Part shown: positions 20,220 through 30,294 of the stretch, piece after piece
How positions within the stretch are numbered: position 1 is the stretch's first letter
Layout: every line of letters begins with the position of its first letter
From: Candidatus Poribacteria bacterium
GTDB lineage: Bacteria; Poribacteria; WGA-4E; UBA9662
Length of the DNA stretch: 64,000 nt
Reading direction: 5' to 3'
Assembly (NCBI GenBank): GCA_046582655.1
Contig: JAYGDX010000027.1
Location: forward strand, 77,902-141,901
Translations under genes and position numbers: made by a program
The notes under the pieces: generated by a model
What the model was told of the DNA's origin: nothing
Database searches by the model: none
The model's input: only the letters and a program-made list of their open reading frames with translations

Positions 20220-21536
20220 TTAAGCTTTCAATATTCTTCCCCGAAAGACTTCCCCAACAGGCGGTTCTAAGGTGATTGACAGAATTTGATTAATCGCTGA
20301 ATCCGGGACATCGGCGGCGACCCGCAGATAATTTCCGCTGAACCCAGTTAGCAGATTGTCTTTATCTTCCCTACGATTTTCAACTAATACATCCATCGTT
20401 TTACCAATCATCCGTTTCCGAAATGCCACGCTGAGTTTATTGCCGAGATCAATCATCCATCTGCTGCGTTCAGCGGAGACTTGGGGCTGAACCTGATTTG
20501 GATAGTCTGCGGCCGGTGTATTCCGGCGTGGTGAATACCGAAACACATGCAGTTGGCTGAAACTCATTTCTTCTACAAAAGATGAGGAATCTTCAAAATC
20601 CTGATCTGTCTCTCCTGGGAATCCAACCATAATATCTGTTGTGATTCCAACGTCTGGAAACAGAGATTTCAGTTTTTCAACAAGTCCAGCATATTCTTCA
20701 GTTGTGTATCGACGACGCATTCGCATCAAAGTTTGATCCGATCCTGCCTGTAAGGGAAGGTGAAAATGTGGTTGGCATTTTGGCAATTCTGCCATGCAGA
20801 CAGCCAAGTTCTGCGGGAAATTCATCGGTTCAATTGAACTAAACCGGATTCGTTCGATGCCGTCAATTGAATGAACCTGTTCAAGAACGTCTGTCAGTGA
20901 ATGTTTTTTCCCAATATCAAACCCATAAGATGCTAAGTGAACACCAGTAATAACAATTTCCTTACAATTAGTGGCAGCAATTCTCCCAACTTCTTCCACA
21001 ATATCCTTCAGCGGTCGACTTGTCATTCGACCACGAACGTACGGAATAATACAATACGTGCAAAATGCGCTGCACCCATCCTGTATTTTCACAATAGCAC
21101 GTGTCCGGTTACCAGAACTGCTTATGCCCATACTAAAGTTGGCGTGTTCTCGTACTGCATCGTGGATGACTGGTTCAATTTGTAATAATTCTTGATTTGT
21201 GACTGTATCTAAATAACGTTGGAAGTCTGCTTTTTCACGGTTGCCAAACACTAATGATACGCCTGGAATCGTTTCTATGGATTGACGGTCGCTCTCCGCA
21301 TAACATCCAGTAACAATTATCTTTGCTTTTGGGTTTTTACGGATGATTCGCCGGATTACTTGACGTGCTTTCTGATCGGCAGAATTTGTTACCGTACAGG
21401 TATTAACGACGCAAATGTCTGCATCCTTGTCTAGGTCAACAATTTCATAACCATTACGTACCATCGTATCATAGATTGTGTTTGAGTCGTATTGGTTGAC
21501 TTTACAACCAAACGTGAGAATAGATGCTGTCGGCAT
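20220..21536 (-). CDS. mtaB: tRNA t6A37 methylthiotransferase MtaB
   Basis: TFGCKVNQYDS, NTCTVT, KIQDGCSAFCTYCIIP, C-terminal TRAM; follows rsmE. Confidence 0.93.
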   Translation of the reverse strand: MPTASILTFGCKVNQYDSNTIYDTMVRNGYEIVDLDKDADICVVNTCTVTNSADQKARQVIRRIIRKNPKAKIIVTGCYAESDRQSIETIPGVSLVFGNREKADFQRYLDTVTNQELLQIEPVIHDAVREHANFSMGISSSGNRTRAIVKIQDGCSAFCTYCIIPYVRGRMTSRPLKDIVEEVGRIAATNCKEIVITGVHLASYGFDIGKKHSLTDVLEQVHSIDGIERIRFSSIEPMNFPQNLAVCMAELPKCQPHFHLPLQAGSDQTLMRMRRRYTTEEYAGLVEKLKSLFPDVGITTDIMVGFPGETDQDFEDSSSFVEEMSFSQLHVFRYSPRRNTPAADYPNQVQPQVSAERSRWMIDLGNKLSVAFRKRMIGKTMDVLVENRREDKDNLLTGFSGNYLRVAADVPDSAINQILSITLEPPVGEVFRGRILKA

Positions 21537-21537
21537 T

Positions 21538-22281
21538 TTAGTTGCCTTCTCCTGTTCTGAGTTCGTAGACAACTAAAGCTGCTGCCACGATTGCTGCTGT
21601 TTCCGTACGAAGAATATTAGTACCTAGAGATACTGGAACGCAGTTTTCAGCCAGCGCAGCCTCATTTTCCTGATTGGTGAACCCTCCCTCTGGTCCAACC
21701 AAGACAGCTACTGAATCCAATGAACCGAAACCGCGCAGGACAGATTGTATTGACCTTACTTTCTCATTTTCGTAAAGTATGATTGCTTCATCAAAGCCTC
21801 CGACCGATAGTAAGCACTCTGTGAAACTCTGGATTTGAAGTATTTTAGGAAATCTTAATCTGCGACACTGCTTGGTGGCTTCATTTGCGATTCGTTGCCA
21901 GCGAGTATTCTTCTGTATATGGGTTGAAGGTTTCAAGTTGATGATAGATCTATCTGTGACCATCGGAACAATCTGGTCAACGCCAATTTCTGCTGTCTTT
22001 TGCATAACAAGACCCATTTTGCTAGGTTTGATTAGTGCTTGAAAGAGAGTGACGCTTGGCGAACTTGGAGGATTAAACCCTTGATTGATAATCTCAGCAG
22101 AGATTTTGTTTTCATCAACATATTGAAGTGTGGCAATGTAATAATTGCCATTATCATCAAGAAACCGTACCTGGTCTCCTTGCTGCATCCGTAAAACTGT
22201 GGTGATGTGTTTTTGTTCCGAAGCACTACATCGAATTTTATTGCCATCAATTTGATCTGACGAAATTATGAAATTACGCAC
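21538..22281 (-). CDS. rsmE: 16S rRNA m3U1498 methyltransferase
   Basis: HITTVLR, QKTAEIGV, EATKQC, VGPEGGF, LGTNILRTETA. Confidence 0.95.
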   Translation of the reverse strand: MRNFIISSDQIDGNKIRCSASEQKHITTVLRMQQGDQVRFLDDNGNYYIATLQYVDENKISAEIINQGFNPPSSPSVTLFQALIKPSKMGLVMQKTAEIGVDQIVPMVTDRSIINLKPSTHIQKNTRWQRIANEATKQCRRLRFPKILQIQSFTECLLSVGGFDEAIILYENEKVRSIQSVLRGFGSLDSVAVLVGPEGGFTNQENEAALAENCVPVSLGTNILRTETAAIVAAALVVYELRTGEGN

Positions 22282-22292
22282 TCTATCTGTCC

Positions 22293-22946
22293 TTAATGAC
22301 GAAGTTGATTCATGGCGTCAGCATAGTTACTTTGCTTGAAGACCGCTGTGCCAGCAACCAATATCGTCGCGCCCCGTTCAATGACGAGCGGGGCCGTTTT
22401 CTCATTAATACCACCATCCACCTCCAAATCAATAGGCTTGCCAATTTCCTTAATTTTTTGATCAACATAGCTGATTTTGTCGAGGGTGTCCGGTATGAAC
22501 TTCTGACCGCCAAAACCGGGTTCAACGCTCATTAGGAGAACTAGATCTAAGTCTGGAAGATATGGATCAATCACTGAAATTGGGGTTTGAGGGCGAGTAG
22601 CCAAACCCACTTGTACATTGAATGACTTTATTTTTTCAATCACAACATCAATCGGGGCAGTCACAATCTCAGTGTGAATGGTAATTAGGTCTGCTCCTGC
22701 GTTAACAAACGATTCGATATAGTCCTGAGGGTGTGTCATCATCAGATGCACATCAAAAGGAAGTTCAGTGTGTCGACGGATTGACTTCACGAGTTCTGCT
22801 CCCATAGTCAAATTCGGCACAAAATGCCCATCCATTATGTCAAAATGGATCAGGTCAGCACCTGATTCCTCCACTTTCTGTACATCCTCTCCTAGTTGGC
22901 TGAAATCTGCTGCAAGTATGGAGGGGGCAATCTTTACTTTCTTCAT
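22293..22946 (-). CDS. rpe: Ribulose-phosphate 3-epimerase
   Basis: APSILAADF, HFDIMDGHFVPN, DVHLM, MSVEPGFGGQ, VDGG. Confidence 0.97.
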   Translation of the reverse strand: MKKVKIAPSILAADFSQLGEDVQKVEESGADLIHFDIMDGHFVPNLTMGAELVKSIRRHTELPFDVHLMMTHPQDYIESFVNAGADLITIHTEIVTAPIDVVIEKIKSFNVQVGLATRPQTPISVIDPYLPDLDLVLLMSVEPGFGGQKFIPDTLDKISYVDQKIKEIGKPIDLEVDGGINEKTAPLVIERGATILVAGTAVFKQSNYADAMNQLRH

Positions 22947-23941
22947 TGAATCTCTTGATGTTTGACAAGCTGACCATCTTCGTATATTGAGATACGGGCG
23001 TTACCAGAAATTTTATATGGTTTACGGATTTTCATGCTGGATTCGTAATAAGTATCAACAACTTTCCTTTTGCCAAGCCCATCTTCGATATAGATTTTCA
23101 GGTGCTTGGGTTGGTTATCAACGATGATAATATCATATCGAATCACATAAAAATGTCCTCTTTTATTTTGGCTTCTATGTGAGCCACTGACTTCAAGATT
23201 AATCTGTTGCCCAACGTGGATCAACGTTCCCATAGCTGGTTGATGATTGACAATTTGTCCATGCGGAATTTCAGGATGAAGAACATAATCTACTGACTGA
23301 ATTTTGAATCCATGAGATTTGAGAATTGAGCGCACGTCATTCACTAGCATTCCCTGTAGATCTGGCATTTCAAATGCCTGAGGCCGAACACCTAGACTCA
23401 AAAGTAGGCTGACAGCTCCCGACCTTTGGAGTGCTGTGTCTGCAGGTGGGGTCTGGGCGATGACTGTGTTTTCCTTTGGATGTTGGTTTGAATAAACGGT
23501 GGCAACATACCCACGTCGGAATTGAGATTCTTGAAGAATTTTTTCGGCGGCTTGAATGTCCTTACCAGTCATGTTTGGTACACTATTCATCTCACTTCCA
23601 GTGCTTAGCACGATTCGAATCGGTTTTGACCGTTTTACTCTTGTTTTTGACAGTGGGTTTTGAGCCATAACAATGCCTTTAGCATAGACGGCTTTTTGGG
23701 TGTTTGGATTGACTGGGCTTGGTTTTTCCTCAATTTGGTCGTCCAGTGTTAAACCTATCCCTATGACCGTAGAGGCAGCATTTTGATATGTCTCACCAAT
23801 GAGTGAAGGGATGGTAACATCCTCAGTCTGGATCCATTCTGGGATTAGCCAAAAAACAACAAAGAAACCAACACAGTTGATGGTGACAAAGAAAGAAAAA
23901 TAAATTTTGAAAATCGAATTGAGTATATTATAAATCATCAC
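22943..23941 (-). CDS. Membrane-anchored protein with three PASTA domains
   Basis: Single TM segment, then repeats IPSLIG, VPNMTG, MPDLQG with V.AQ.P motifs; lies between fmt and rpe. Confidence 0.85.
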   Translation of the reverse strand: MMIYNILNSIFKIYFSFFVTINCVGFFVVFWLIPEWIQTEDVTIPSLIGETYQNAASTVIGIGLTLDDQIEEKPSPVNPNTQKAVYAKGIVMAQNPLSKTRVKRSKPIRIVLSTGSEMNSVPNMTGKDIQAAEKILQESQFRRGYVATVYSNQHPKENTVIAQTPPADTALQRSGAVSLLLSLGVRPQAFEMPDLQGMLVNDVRSILKSHGFKIQSVDYVLHPEIPHGQIVNHQPAMGTLIHVGQQINLEVSGSHRSQNKRGHFYVIRYDIIIVDNQPKHLKIYIEDGLGKRKVVDTYYESSMKIRKPYKISGNARISIYEDGQLVKHQEIQ

Positions 23942-24896
23942 TTTTTTGAGTTGAGGAAATAAATCGATTTCCTGTTTTTATACGATATCCATTGACAAAG
24001 TCATGAGCAGACATTTCTTTCTTGGTTGCTGGCTGCACGCGATTCAGGATCAACTTACCCTGAGCAGTATGCACCGCTATTTGTTTATCCTTACTGATTT
24101 CAACCGTTCCTGGCGGGAAAGTTGCGTCACTGTTGAGGGACATGAGGGAACATGAAAGGATCTTAATATGCAAATTATCCTGCAACAAGTATGTGTGGGC
24201 TTGTGGCCAGATTGCAGTTCCTCGTACAAGGTTTCGAATCTCAACCGCAGATTTATTCCAGTTGATGTTGCCAAGTTCTTTAGTCAGTTGTGGAGCATAC
24301 GTCGTCTGCGAATCATCCTGCGGTTGATTCACAGGTAGTTGATCTATTGACTTTCGTAGGGCACGGATCAACAGTTTCGGTGCTAGATTTCCCAGTTGTT
24401 GATACAATACCATTGCATCGGTTTCCGAATCAATTGTGGTGCGCTCCTGTAAGACAATGTCGCCAGTATCCTCTCCTTCATCAAGCAACATAATTGTAAC
24501 CCCTGTTTCTGTTTCTCCGTTTATCAGCGCCCATTGAATTGGCGCCGCACCCCGGTACTTGGGTAGGAGCGACGGGTGGACATTGAGGCAACCGGATGGA
24601 GGAATATCAAGTATGGATCTTGGTAGAATTTGCCCAAAGGCGACGACAACAATTACATCTGGTTTAAGCCGTTTTAGCTGGCTAACTGTGGATTTTGCTC
24701 GTACTTTCTCGGGTTGGAAAATGTTCAGTTTATTCCTTTCAGCCGCCAGCTTGACAGGGGGCGCCTTTAGTTTCTTTCCTCTGCCGCTCGGTCGATCTGG
24801 TTGTGTTATCACTCCGACAATATCGAATTTGTCTCTGATTAATTTTTCAAGACTTGGAACAGCAAAATCACTGGTCCCCATGAACAAAACACGCAT
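23928..24896 (-). CDS. fmt: Methionyl-tRNA formyltransferase
   Basis: MRVLFMGTSDFA, TQPDRPSGRG, NVHPSLLPKYRGAAPI, DTGD. Confidence 0.96.
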   Translation of the reverse strand: MRVLFMGTSDFAVPSLEKLIRDKFDIVGVITQPDRPSGRGKKLKAPPVKLAAERNKLNIFQPEKVRAKSTVSQLKRLKPDVIVVVAFGQILPRSILDIPPSGCLNVHPSLLPKYRGAAPIQWALINGETETGVTIMLLDEGEDTGDIVLQERTTIDSETDAMVLYQQLGNLAPKLLIRALRKSIDQLPVNQPQDDSQTTYAPQLTKELGNINWNKSAVEIRNLVRGTAIWPQAHTYLLQDNLHIKILSCSLMSLNSDATFPPGTVEISKDKQIAVHTAQGKLILNRVQPATKKEMSAHDFVNGYRIKTGNRFISSTQKSDDL

Positions 24897-24969
24897 GAAA
24901 GTACCTTTGGGAATTCCAAATGAATGCTGGTTTTCTGACAATTAGCCAGCAGGTTGTAATTAAATTCTA

Positions 24970-25458
24970 TTAGAATTGAATACCGACAAGCCTTATGGTT
25001 GTGTTGTTAGGTAGGCTGACGTTCGGTTCTATTGGCCTACGCTTGGGAAGACTTTCTTGTGGAATCAATGGTTCGGACCGATCTTTACCGCGCGTTATGT
25101 ACCAATCTCGTATTCCAATGAAGAGTGAAAAGCAAGCCGTGCATATGCCGATGACACGAAAATTCTGATCGGAGAGTTTGGGAGAAAACTTATTTTGGTG
25201 TATCATTTCAATTCCGCGAACCATGAAAAAGCTGTGAACTGCGGTGAATGGAAGAGAACTAAGCGTAATAATCTCGAAACGACGCAACGCACTTTCATCA
25301 TATTCGTTTAGTTCTTCTGACTCTTCTTGACGAGTCTCTGTTTCTTCATCAATTTCCGGGATTTCTGTTATGGACTGTGAAAAAATACTGTTGTTACAGG
25401 TAATGACTAGTGTCAAGAAGATCAGGAATTCGAATTTAATTTTTGATCGTTTCTTCAA
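24970..25458 (-). CDS. Hypothetical membrane or exported protein
   Basis: In-operon ORF overlapping the lspA end; ESALRRFEIITLSSLPF motif and hydrophobic segments. Confidence 0.6.
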   Translation of the reverse strand: MKKRSKIKFEFLIFLTLVITCNNSIFSQSITEIPEIDEETETRQEESEELNEYDESALRRFEIITLSSLPFTAVHSFFMVRGIEMIHQNKFSPKLSDQNFRVIGICTACFSLFIGIRDWYITRGKDRSEPLIPQESLPKRRPIEPNVSLPNNTTIRLVGIQF

Positions 25459-25936
25459 AATTCAATTTTCGGTTTCGTATTGTGTAGATGATAAGCATAC
25501 CCGCTCCAATACAAATTGCCGTATCTGCGGTGTTAAAAGTTGGCCACTTGTACTTAGGTAATATTCCAAATTGAAGGAAATCGATTACCTCACCATACTG
25601 GATGCGATCGATCAAATTGCCGATTGCGCCACCTAAAATAAACCCAAGTCCAACCCGCATCCAGAGACTATGCCGGAATTGAAAATAATAATACGCAATG
25701 AAAAGCATTGCTAAAATTGTGGCAGCGATTAGCAAGGTACGTTGTCCCTGCATTAGACTAAAAGCCGCGCCACTGTTGCGATCATGGCGAAGATTAAAGA
25801 ATCCTTCAATAACAACAATTTGGTCGTAATAATCAATACGTTGTTTGATGATTGTTTTGGTGAGTTGATCAAGACAGATAATGAGAATTGAGATTCCAAA
25901 CAACGGAATAATAGGACGAAAGTAATTCTTTTCCAT
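25436..25936 (-). CDS. lspA: Lipoprotein signal peptidase II
   Basis: DQLTK, NSGAAFS, GGAIGNLIDR, VIDF, WPTFNTAD. Confidence 0.96.
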   Translation of the reverse strand: MEKNYFRPIIPLFGISILIICLDQLTKTIIKQRIDYYDQIVVIEGFFNLRHDRNSGAAFSLMQGQRTLLIAATILAMLFIAYYYFQFRHSLWMRVGLGFILGGAIGNLIDRIQYGEVIDFLQFGILPKYKWPTFNTADTAICIGAGMLIIYTIRNRKLNFEETIKN

Positions 25937-25950
25937 TTGTTAATTACTGT

Positions 25951-28314
25951 CTAAGCAGTTGCATCTTGATCTTTGCTAATTTTCTCTATGGGGATTTGAG
26001 ACACCCAATCAAGTAGAAAGATGCTTGATTGGGTGTCTCCAGTTGGATTAATTTGGTCAGATAGCACTGCATAAGTGTATTCTGCGAGAAACGGCATAAT
26101 TGGTGCGATACGCTGAAGATATACAATTAGCATGTGATAGAGGACATTTCGTGTTGATTCGTTAACAGGTAGTGATTTTTTTGTAGTAATTGAATCTTCT
26201 AACTGAGGCAGATAATTTTTCCTCAGGAACGTCTGAGAAAATTCCTTTAGCAAATACCAGCTCCGCCCGAAATCCTGACGTTTGTATGCGCAATCAATTT
26301 CTGATAGCATAGTATTAGTATGCGCTAAGGCTTGGCTATCCAATTCGTTGAGATTACTGATTTTGTGTGAATCCTGCTCGCAATTAAAACCTTTGATCTC
26401 GAATGTAATTTGTTGCAAAGTTTCACTAATGTTTTGATAATCTTTCTGATATTCTTGAAATTGCTGCTCAAGTGAATTCCCATTCAGGTATTCATCTATG
26501 GCGAAAATCCGTGCCACGTCAGCAGGATAACGATCAACTATTTCTCTATCGGCACCAAGTTGGGCGAAATTTTTGTTTATCTTAGTCATCTCCACTTTTC
26601 GATACGGGATTGTTTTATGTAAGGCAATTGAAACTAGATTTAGTTGCGCAAACCATTTTGGAAACTCTTCCGAACTATAGAAATAGCAGTTAATTGATTT
26701 TGGATAGTTCTTTCCCACGTCAGAATTGTTAATCTCGTTAATAATAACTGCGAATTTTTCACTTAAGAAGGTCGTTTCTTTATAGAACTTCCTTGAGCCA
26801 CAATTAGAACATGTTGTTTCGATTGGCAATAGGTCTTCCGCTTCAAGTTTGAACCAGATATCGTTACCACGACGCGAAATAAGCTCACGAATAGCCTTGA
26901 GCGTTTTTGCGTCTGAAAGTTGCGCATTACATTTCTCGCATTGGAAGATGGGGAAAGGGATACTTCCACTCCGATGACTCGAAACGAGTGGTGGGGGTGT
27001 CTGTTGTATCATTTCCTTAATCCAAAGTACGTCTTCTGCTGGATGATCCTCCCAATTTTGATCACAATTTACCAGTTTGTTGGTAACAGATCTATCAATG
27101 TCCAGACTCCATTTATGCACCAGTCGATAGATAACACTACACTTTGACATGCTGCAATACGGCAATGGAACTGTACTTTTATTTGTTTGGACCAGATAAT
27201 TGCGTTTTTCCAATTCAGATTCAATGATTTTCTCTGACTCCGCAATCTTGAGGCCATAAAACATATGTGTTGTTTCATTGAGGTAGCCAGTATTGTCAAT
27301 AACACTTGATACTGGTAGCGCCTTGGCTTGTGCTATGATATAATGATCTGGATTGTGTCCAGGAGCAATATGTGAAATTCCATCCCGATTATTGGAATCA
27401 GACAGTTGGACAATTGGTATATCAGAGGTTAAAATCGGATGCTTACAAATACAGTCTGCTACCTGCTCTGAGCCGATAGATCTAATCAACTGCAATTGGC
27501 CTCCGAGAGCACCTGAGAGATTTGTTTCAACATCTGATTCAGCAATAATAACCGTATCTTGGTTCAATTTAGCGATGATATAGCGTTGATCTGTCCTAAC
27601 ACCAATAGCGACTGTGGCCACCACTTGCCAGATTTCTTTAATGGAAACCACAATGAACATCTCGCTGCCAAGTTCTTCAAATCCGATCTTTATCGGAAAC
27701 TTAACGTAGCCTGATAACACCTCAGTCGGCCGAATCTCAAAATCACTTTCGTCGACTACAGTGTTGCGGTTGTAACACCAAACTTCCAGTTTTTGATCTG
27801 TCTCGATTTGTTTTTGTGCCCGGAGTTTGTTGAAAGAGGATAAGATCTTCGATTCATTTCGGTTACATAAATTCTTTGTGGTATTCTTCCAATTGGCAAA
27901 CATACCGAGTGCTTCAAGTTCTCGTTTTCTAGCTTTGATCTCTGTTTGGAAGTACTGCCTATACTGATTCCGAAATGCTAAAATATCGTGCGGTGATTCT
28001 TTTGGTTCTGTGTTAAGGATCCGTTGTTGGATGCCAGGTGCGCAATAGTCCCAGTGTGGTTTGTAATTGACATGTATGTTTTGTTGTAAATTGGTTTTCA
28101 GGAATATATCTTGATGAATTCTAGCGGCTAAGTTATCAAAATCAAGATTGTCAACAGCGATCGGCATTTCGCGAAGAGTAAAATGTTCTGATTCTGTTCT
28201 GTCTATAAGCTTCTCATAAACGTTTAGCTGGCACCATTTTTCTAAAATCTGCTCCTCTTGGTGTTGATCTAAAATATGACTCGGCATTGTTGTACCATTC
28301 ATGATTATTGTCAA
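25951..28314 (-). CDS. Isoleucyl-tRNA synthetase-derived protein lacking catalytic motifs (pseudo-IleRS; start may be 28302 or 28287)
   Basis: Collinear with type-1 IleRS (EEQILEKW, YVKFP, HIAPGH, PIFQCEKC..IWF..EAEDLLP..CSNC..FYKET, PADVAR, IAPIMPFLAE), but HIGH, GWDxHG, SRQR, DQxRGWF and KMSKS are absent and the C-terminal zinc finger is missing; canonical yggT-ileS-lspA position. Confidence 0.85.
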   Translation of the reverse strand: MTIIMNGTTMPSHILDQHQEEQILEKWCQLNVYEKLIDRTESEHFTLREMPIAVDNLDFDNLAARIHQDIFLKTNLQQNIHVNYKPHWDYCAPGIQQRILNTEPKESPHDILAFRNQYRQYFQTEIKARKRELEALGMFANWKNTTKNLCNRNESKILSSFNKLRAQKQIETDQKLEVWCYNRNTVVDESDFEIRPTEVLSGYVKFPIKIGFEELGSEMFIVVSIKEIWQVVATVAIGVRTDQRYIIAKLNQDTVIIAESDVETNLSGALGGQLQLIRSIGSEQVADCICKHPILTSDIPIVQLSDSNNRDGISHIAPGHNPDHYIIAQAKALPVSSVIDNTGYLNETTHMFYGLKIAESEKIIESELEKRNYLVQTNKSTVPLPYCSMSKCSVIYRLVHKWSLDIDRSVTNKLVNCDQNWEDHPAEDVLWIKEMIQQTPPPLVSSHRSGSIPFPIFQCEKCNAQLSDAKTLKAIRELISRRGNDIWFKLEAEDLLPIETTCSNCGSRKFYKETTFLSEKFAVIINEINNSDVGKNYPKSINCYFYSSEEFPKWFAQLNLVSIALHKTIPYRKVEMTKINKNFAQLGADREIVDRYPADVARIFAIDEYLNGNSLEQQFQEYQKDYQNISETLQQITFEIKGFNCEQDSHKISNLNELDSQALAHTNTMLSEIDCAYKRQDFGRSWYLLKEFSQTFLRKNYLPQLEDSITTKKSLPVNESTRNVLYHMLIVYLQRIAPIMPFLAEYTYAVLSDQINPTGDTQSSIFLLDWVSQIPIEKISKDQDATA

Positions 28315-28571
28315 CCAAGCATGCGGGAGATAAATTGTAGAAGAAATATAAGGATAATTGGGGAAATATCAAATCCGATGTTCTTCGTCATTGGGCTTAT
28401 TACACGACGAATTGGATCAAGTACGGGATCAACCAGTGGACTCGTTGTCCTGTAAACTCTGCGAACCGTCATGTTATGTGAAGTGTGTACAAACCAAGAT
28501 AAGAGTACATTTACAACAACAATTATTATATAGATCCGTATTAACCCGCTCAAAATTAAAGTGATATCCAT
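28311..28571 (-). CDS. yggT: YggT/YlmG family membrane protein
   Basis: IYIIIVVVNVLLSWF..DPVLDPIRRVI..GFDISPII. Confidence 0.9.
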   Translation of the reverse strand: MDITLILSGLIRIYIIIVVVNVLLSWFVHTSHNMTVRRVYRTTSPLVDPVLDPIRRVISPMTKNIGFDISPIILIFLLQFISRMLG

Positions 28572-28590
28572 AAAAAAATCCTTGTGATTT

Positions 28591-29430
28591 TTATGCCTGC
28601 GCAAGTTCTTGGGCACGTTCAGTTGCAGCGATTACTGCCGCATTGACAATCGAACGAAACCTGCCCTGTTCCAGTTCGAACAACCCTGCGGCTGTTGTCC
28701 CTGCTGGTGTGGTTACCCGACTTTTCCAAATGGCTGGATGTTCTCCACTCTGGTCGATTATCTTGCTTGCCCCAAGAACTGTCTGGACGGCAAGTTGGTG
28801 GGCATCTTCATGAGATAACCCGACATGCACACCTGCGTCTATGAGTGCTTCTATGAATAGAAAAACGAATGCCGGACCACTGCCGCTTAAACCAGTAACA
28901 GCATCTAATTGCTTTTCCTCAGTGATGAAGGAACTGCCAACCGCGTTGAAGATCGCCTGTGATTTGGTAAGATGACTTTCATCGGCATAACTGCCGGGTG
29001 ATATGGCTGTCACTCCCGAACCTACTGTTACAGCAATGTTGGGCATGACACGAATGACGGGGACAGACTCGGCAAGGTAAGACTCCAGTTTCACAGTTGG
29101 GATACCTGCTGCTATTGAGATTAAAAGTTGATTTGGCTTAACAAGTTCTCTTACCTGTGTGAGGATCCCTGCTACGTTGTTTGGTTTAGCTGAGTAAAGA
29201 ATAACATCAACTTTTTCGACCAGGTGGTTGACGGTCTCAACAGCATGGACACCAAGTTCTTGGCACAACTCATCGACTTTTGTTTGATCTACATCTGTGA
29301 CGAAGATCTGTTCATTGCTCAGCAATTTTTTCGCCACGCCACGGATTATAGCTGCTCCCATATTACCAATGCCAATAGCGCCAAAATGACCGATAGCGGA
29401 TGAAGGCGTTTTAAATTGCTTGGGCATCAA
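28591..29430 (-). CDS. proC: Pyrroline-5-carboxylate reductase
   Basis: GIGNMG, ISIAAG, RVMPN, TGLSGSGPAF, VTTPAGTT. Confidence 0.96.
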   Translation of the reverse strand: MMPKQFKTPSSAIGHFGAIGIGNMGAAIIRGVAKKLLSNEQIFVTDVDQTKVDELCQELGVHAVETVNHLVEKVDVILYSAKPNNVAGILTQVRELVKPNQLLISIAAGIPTVKLESYLAESVPVIRVMPNIAVTVGSGVTAISPGSYADESHLTKSQAIFNAVGSSFITEEKQLDAVTGLSGSGPAFVFLFIEALIDAGVHVGLSHEDAHQLAVQTVLGASKIIDQSGEHPAIWKSRVTTPAGTTAAGLFELEQGRFRSIVNAAVIAATERAQELAQA

Positions 29431-30134
29431 TTTCGTTCTCCAAAAATTGATCTGCCAATTCGAATATAGTTTGCTCCTTCCTCAATTGCAACTTCAAAAT
29501 CGTTTGTCATGCCCATTGACAAACAACCCATATCAACATTAGTCAGATTCTGTACAGCAATATCATCCCGTAATTCTCTAAGCATAGTAAAGGATGGACG
29601 AACAGACTCGGGATCCGGTTCAAATTTGCCAATTGTCATTAATCCTTTAATTTGAATATTTGAATAAGTTGAAGCTTGCGCAACGAAATCCTTCACTTGA
29701 TCTGGCATAATACCGAATCTACTTGTGTTGCCAGAGGTGTTGACTTGAATCAAAATAGGCTTTTGTATTCCCAGATCAGCGGACCTTTGATCTATAGTTC
29801 CAACTAATCTTAGGCTGTCAACAGATTGGATAATATCGAAGAATTGGATAGCTTGTTTTATTTTGTTTGTTTGCAGGTGACCAACCATGTGCCATGTTGC
29901 TGGGCGATCAATAGCGTCATATTTAACTTTGGCTTCCTGCACACGGTTTTCACCTATGTGGGTAATACCCGCATCGAGCACTTCATGGATCGCCTCGATC
30001 GGTTTCGTTTTCGAGACAGCCACTAGTTGGACCGAATCGGGATCACGACCAATGCGATTTGCTGTTTTAGCGATTTGTTCTTGAAGACGCGAGATGTTAT
30101 CGTAGATCGAAGCCAAATTTCGTCCTTGCAACAT
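29427..30134 (-). CDS. yggS: PLP homeostasis protein YggS
   Basis: LVAVSKTKP, GENRVQE, WHMVGHLQTNK, GLMT, LSMGMTND, RIGRSIFG. Confidence 0.96.
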   Translation of the reverse strand: MLQGRNLASIYDNISRLQEQIAKTANRIGRDPDSVQLVAVSKTKPIEAIHEVLDAGITHIGENRVQEAKVKYDAIDRPATWHMVGHLQTNKIKQAIQFFDIIQSVDSLRLVGTIDQRSADLGIQKPILIQVNTSGNTSRFGIMPDQVKDFVAQASTYSNIQIKGLMTIGKFEPDPESVRPSFTMLRELRDDIAVQNLTNVDMGCLSMGMTNDFEVAIEEGANYIRIGRSIFGERN

Positions 30135-30294
30135 AAACCCGTAACTTCCAATACTAGCATATTTTTTTCACCAGTTGCAAGAGCAACTTAAGTTTGAGTG
30201 AGTTGTTAATTGACTTCCCAACCACCAATTATACTGTGCTATACTTCTGATTATATTGTTGAAAAATTCTGAAGGGACACGATTTGGGGAAGAA

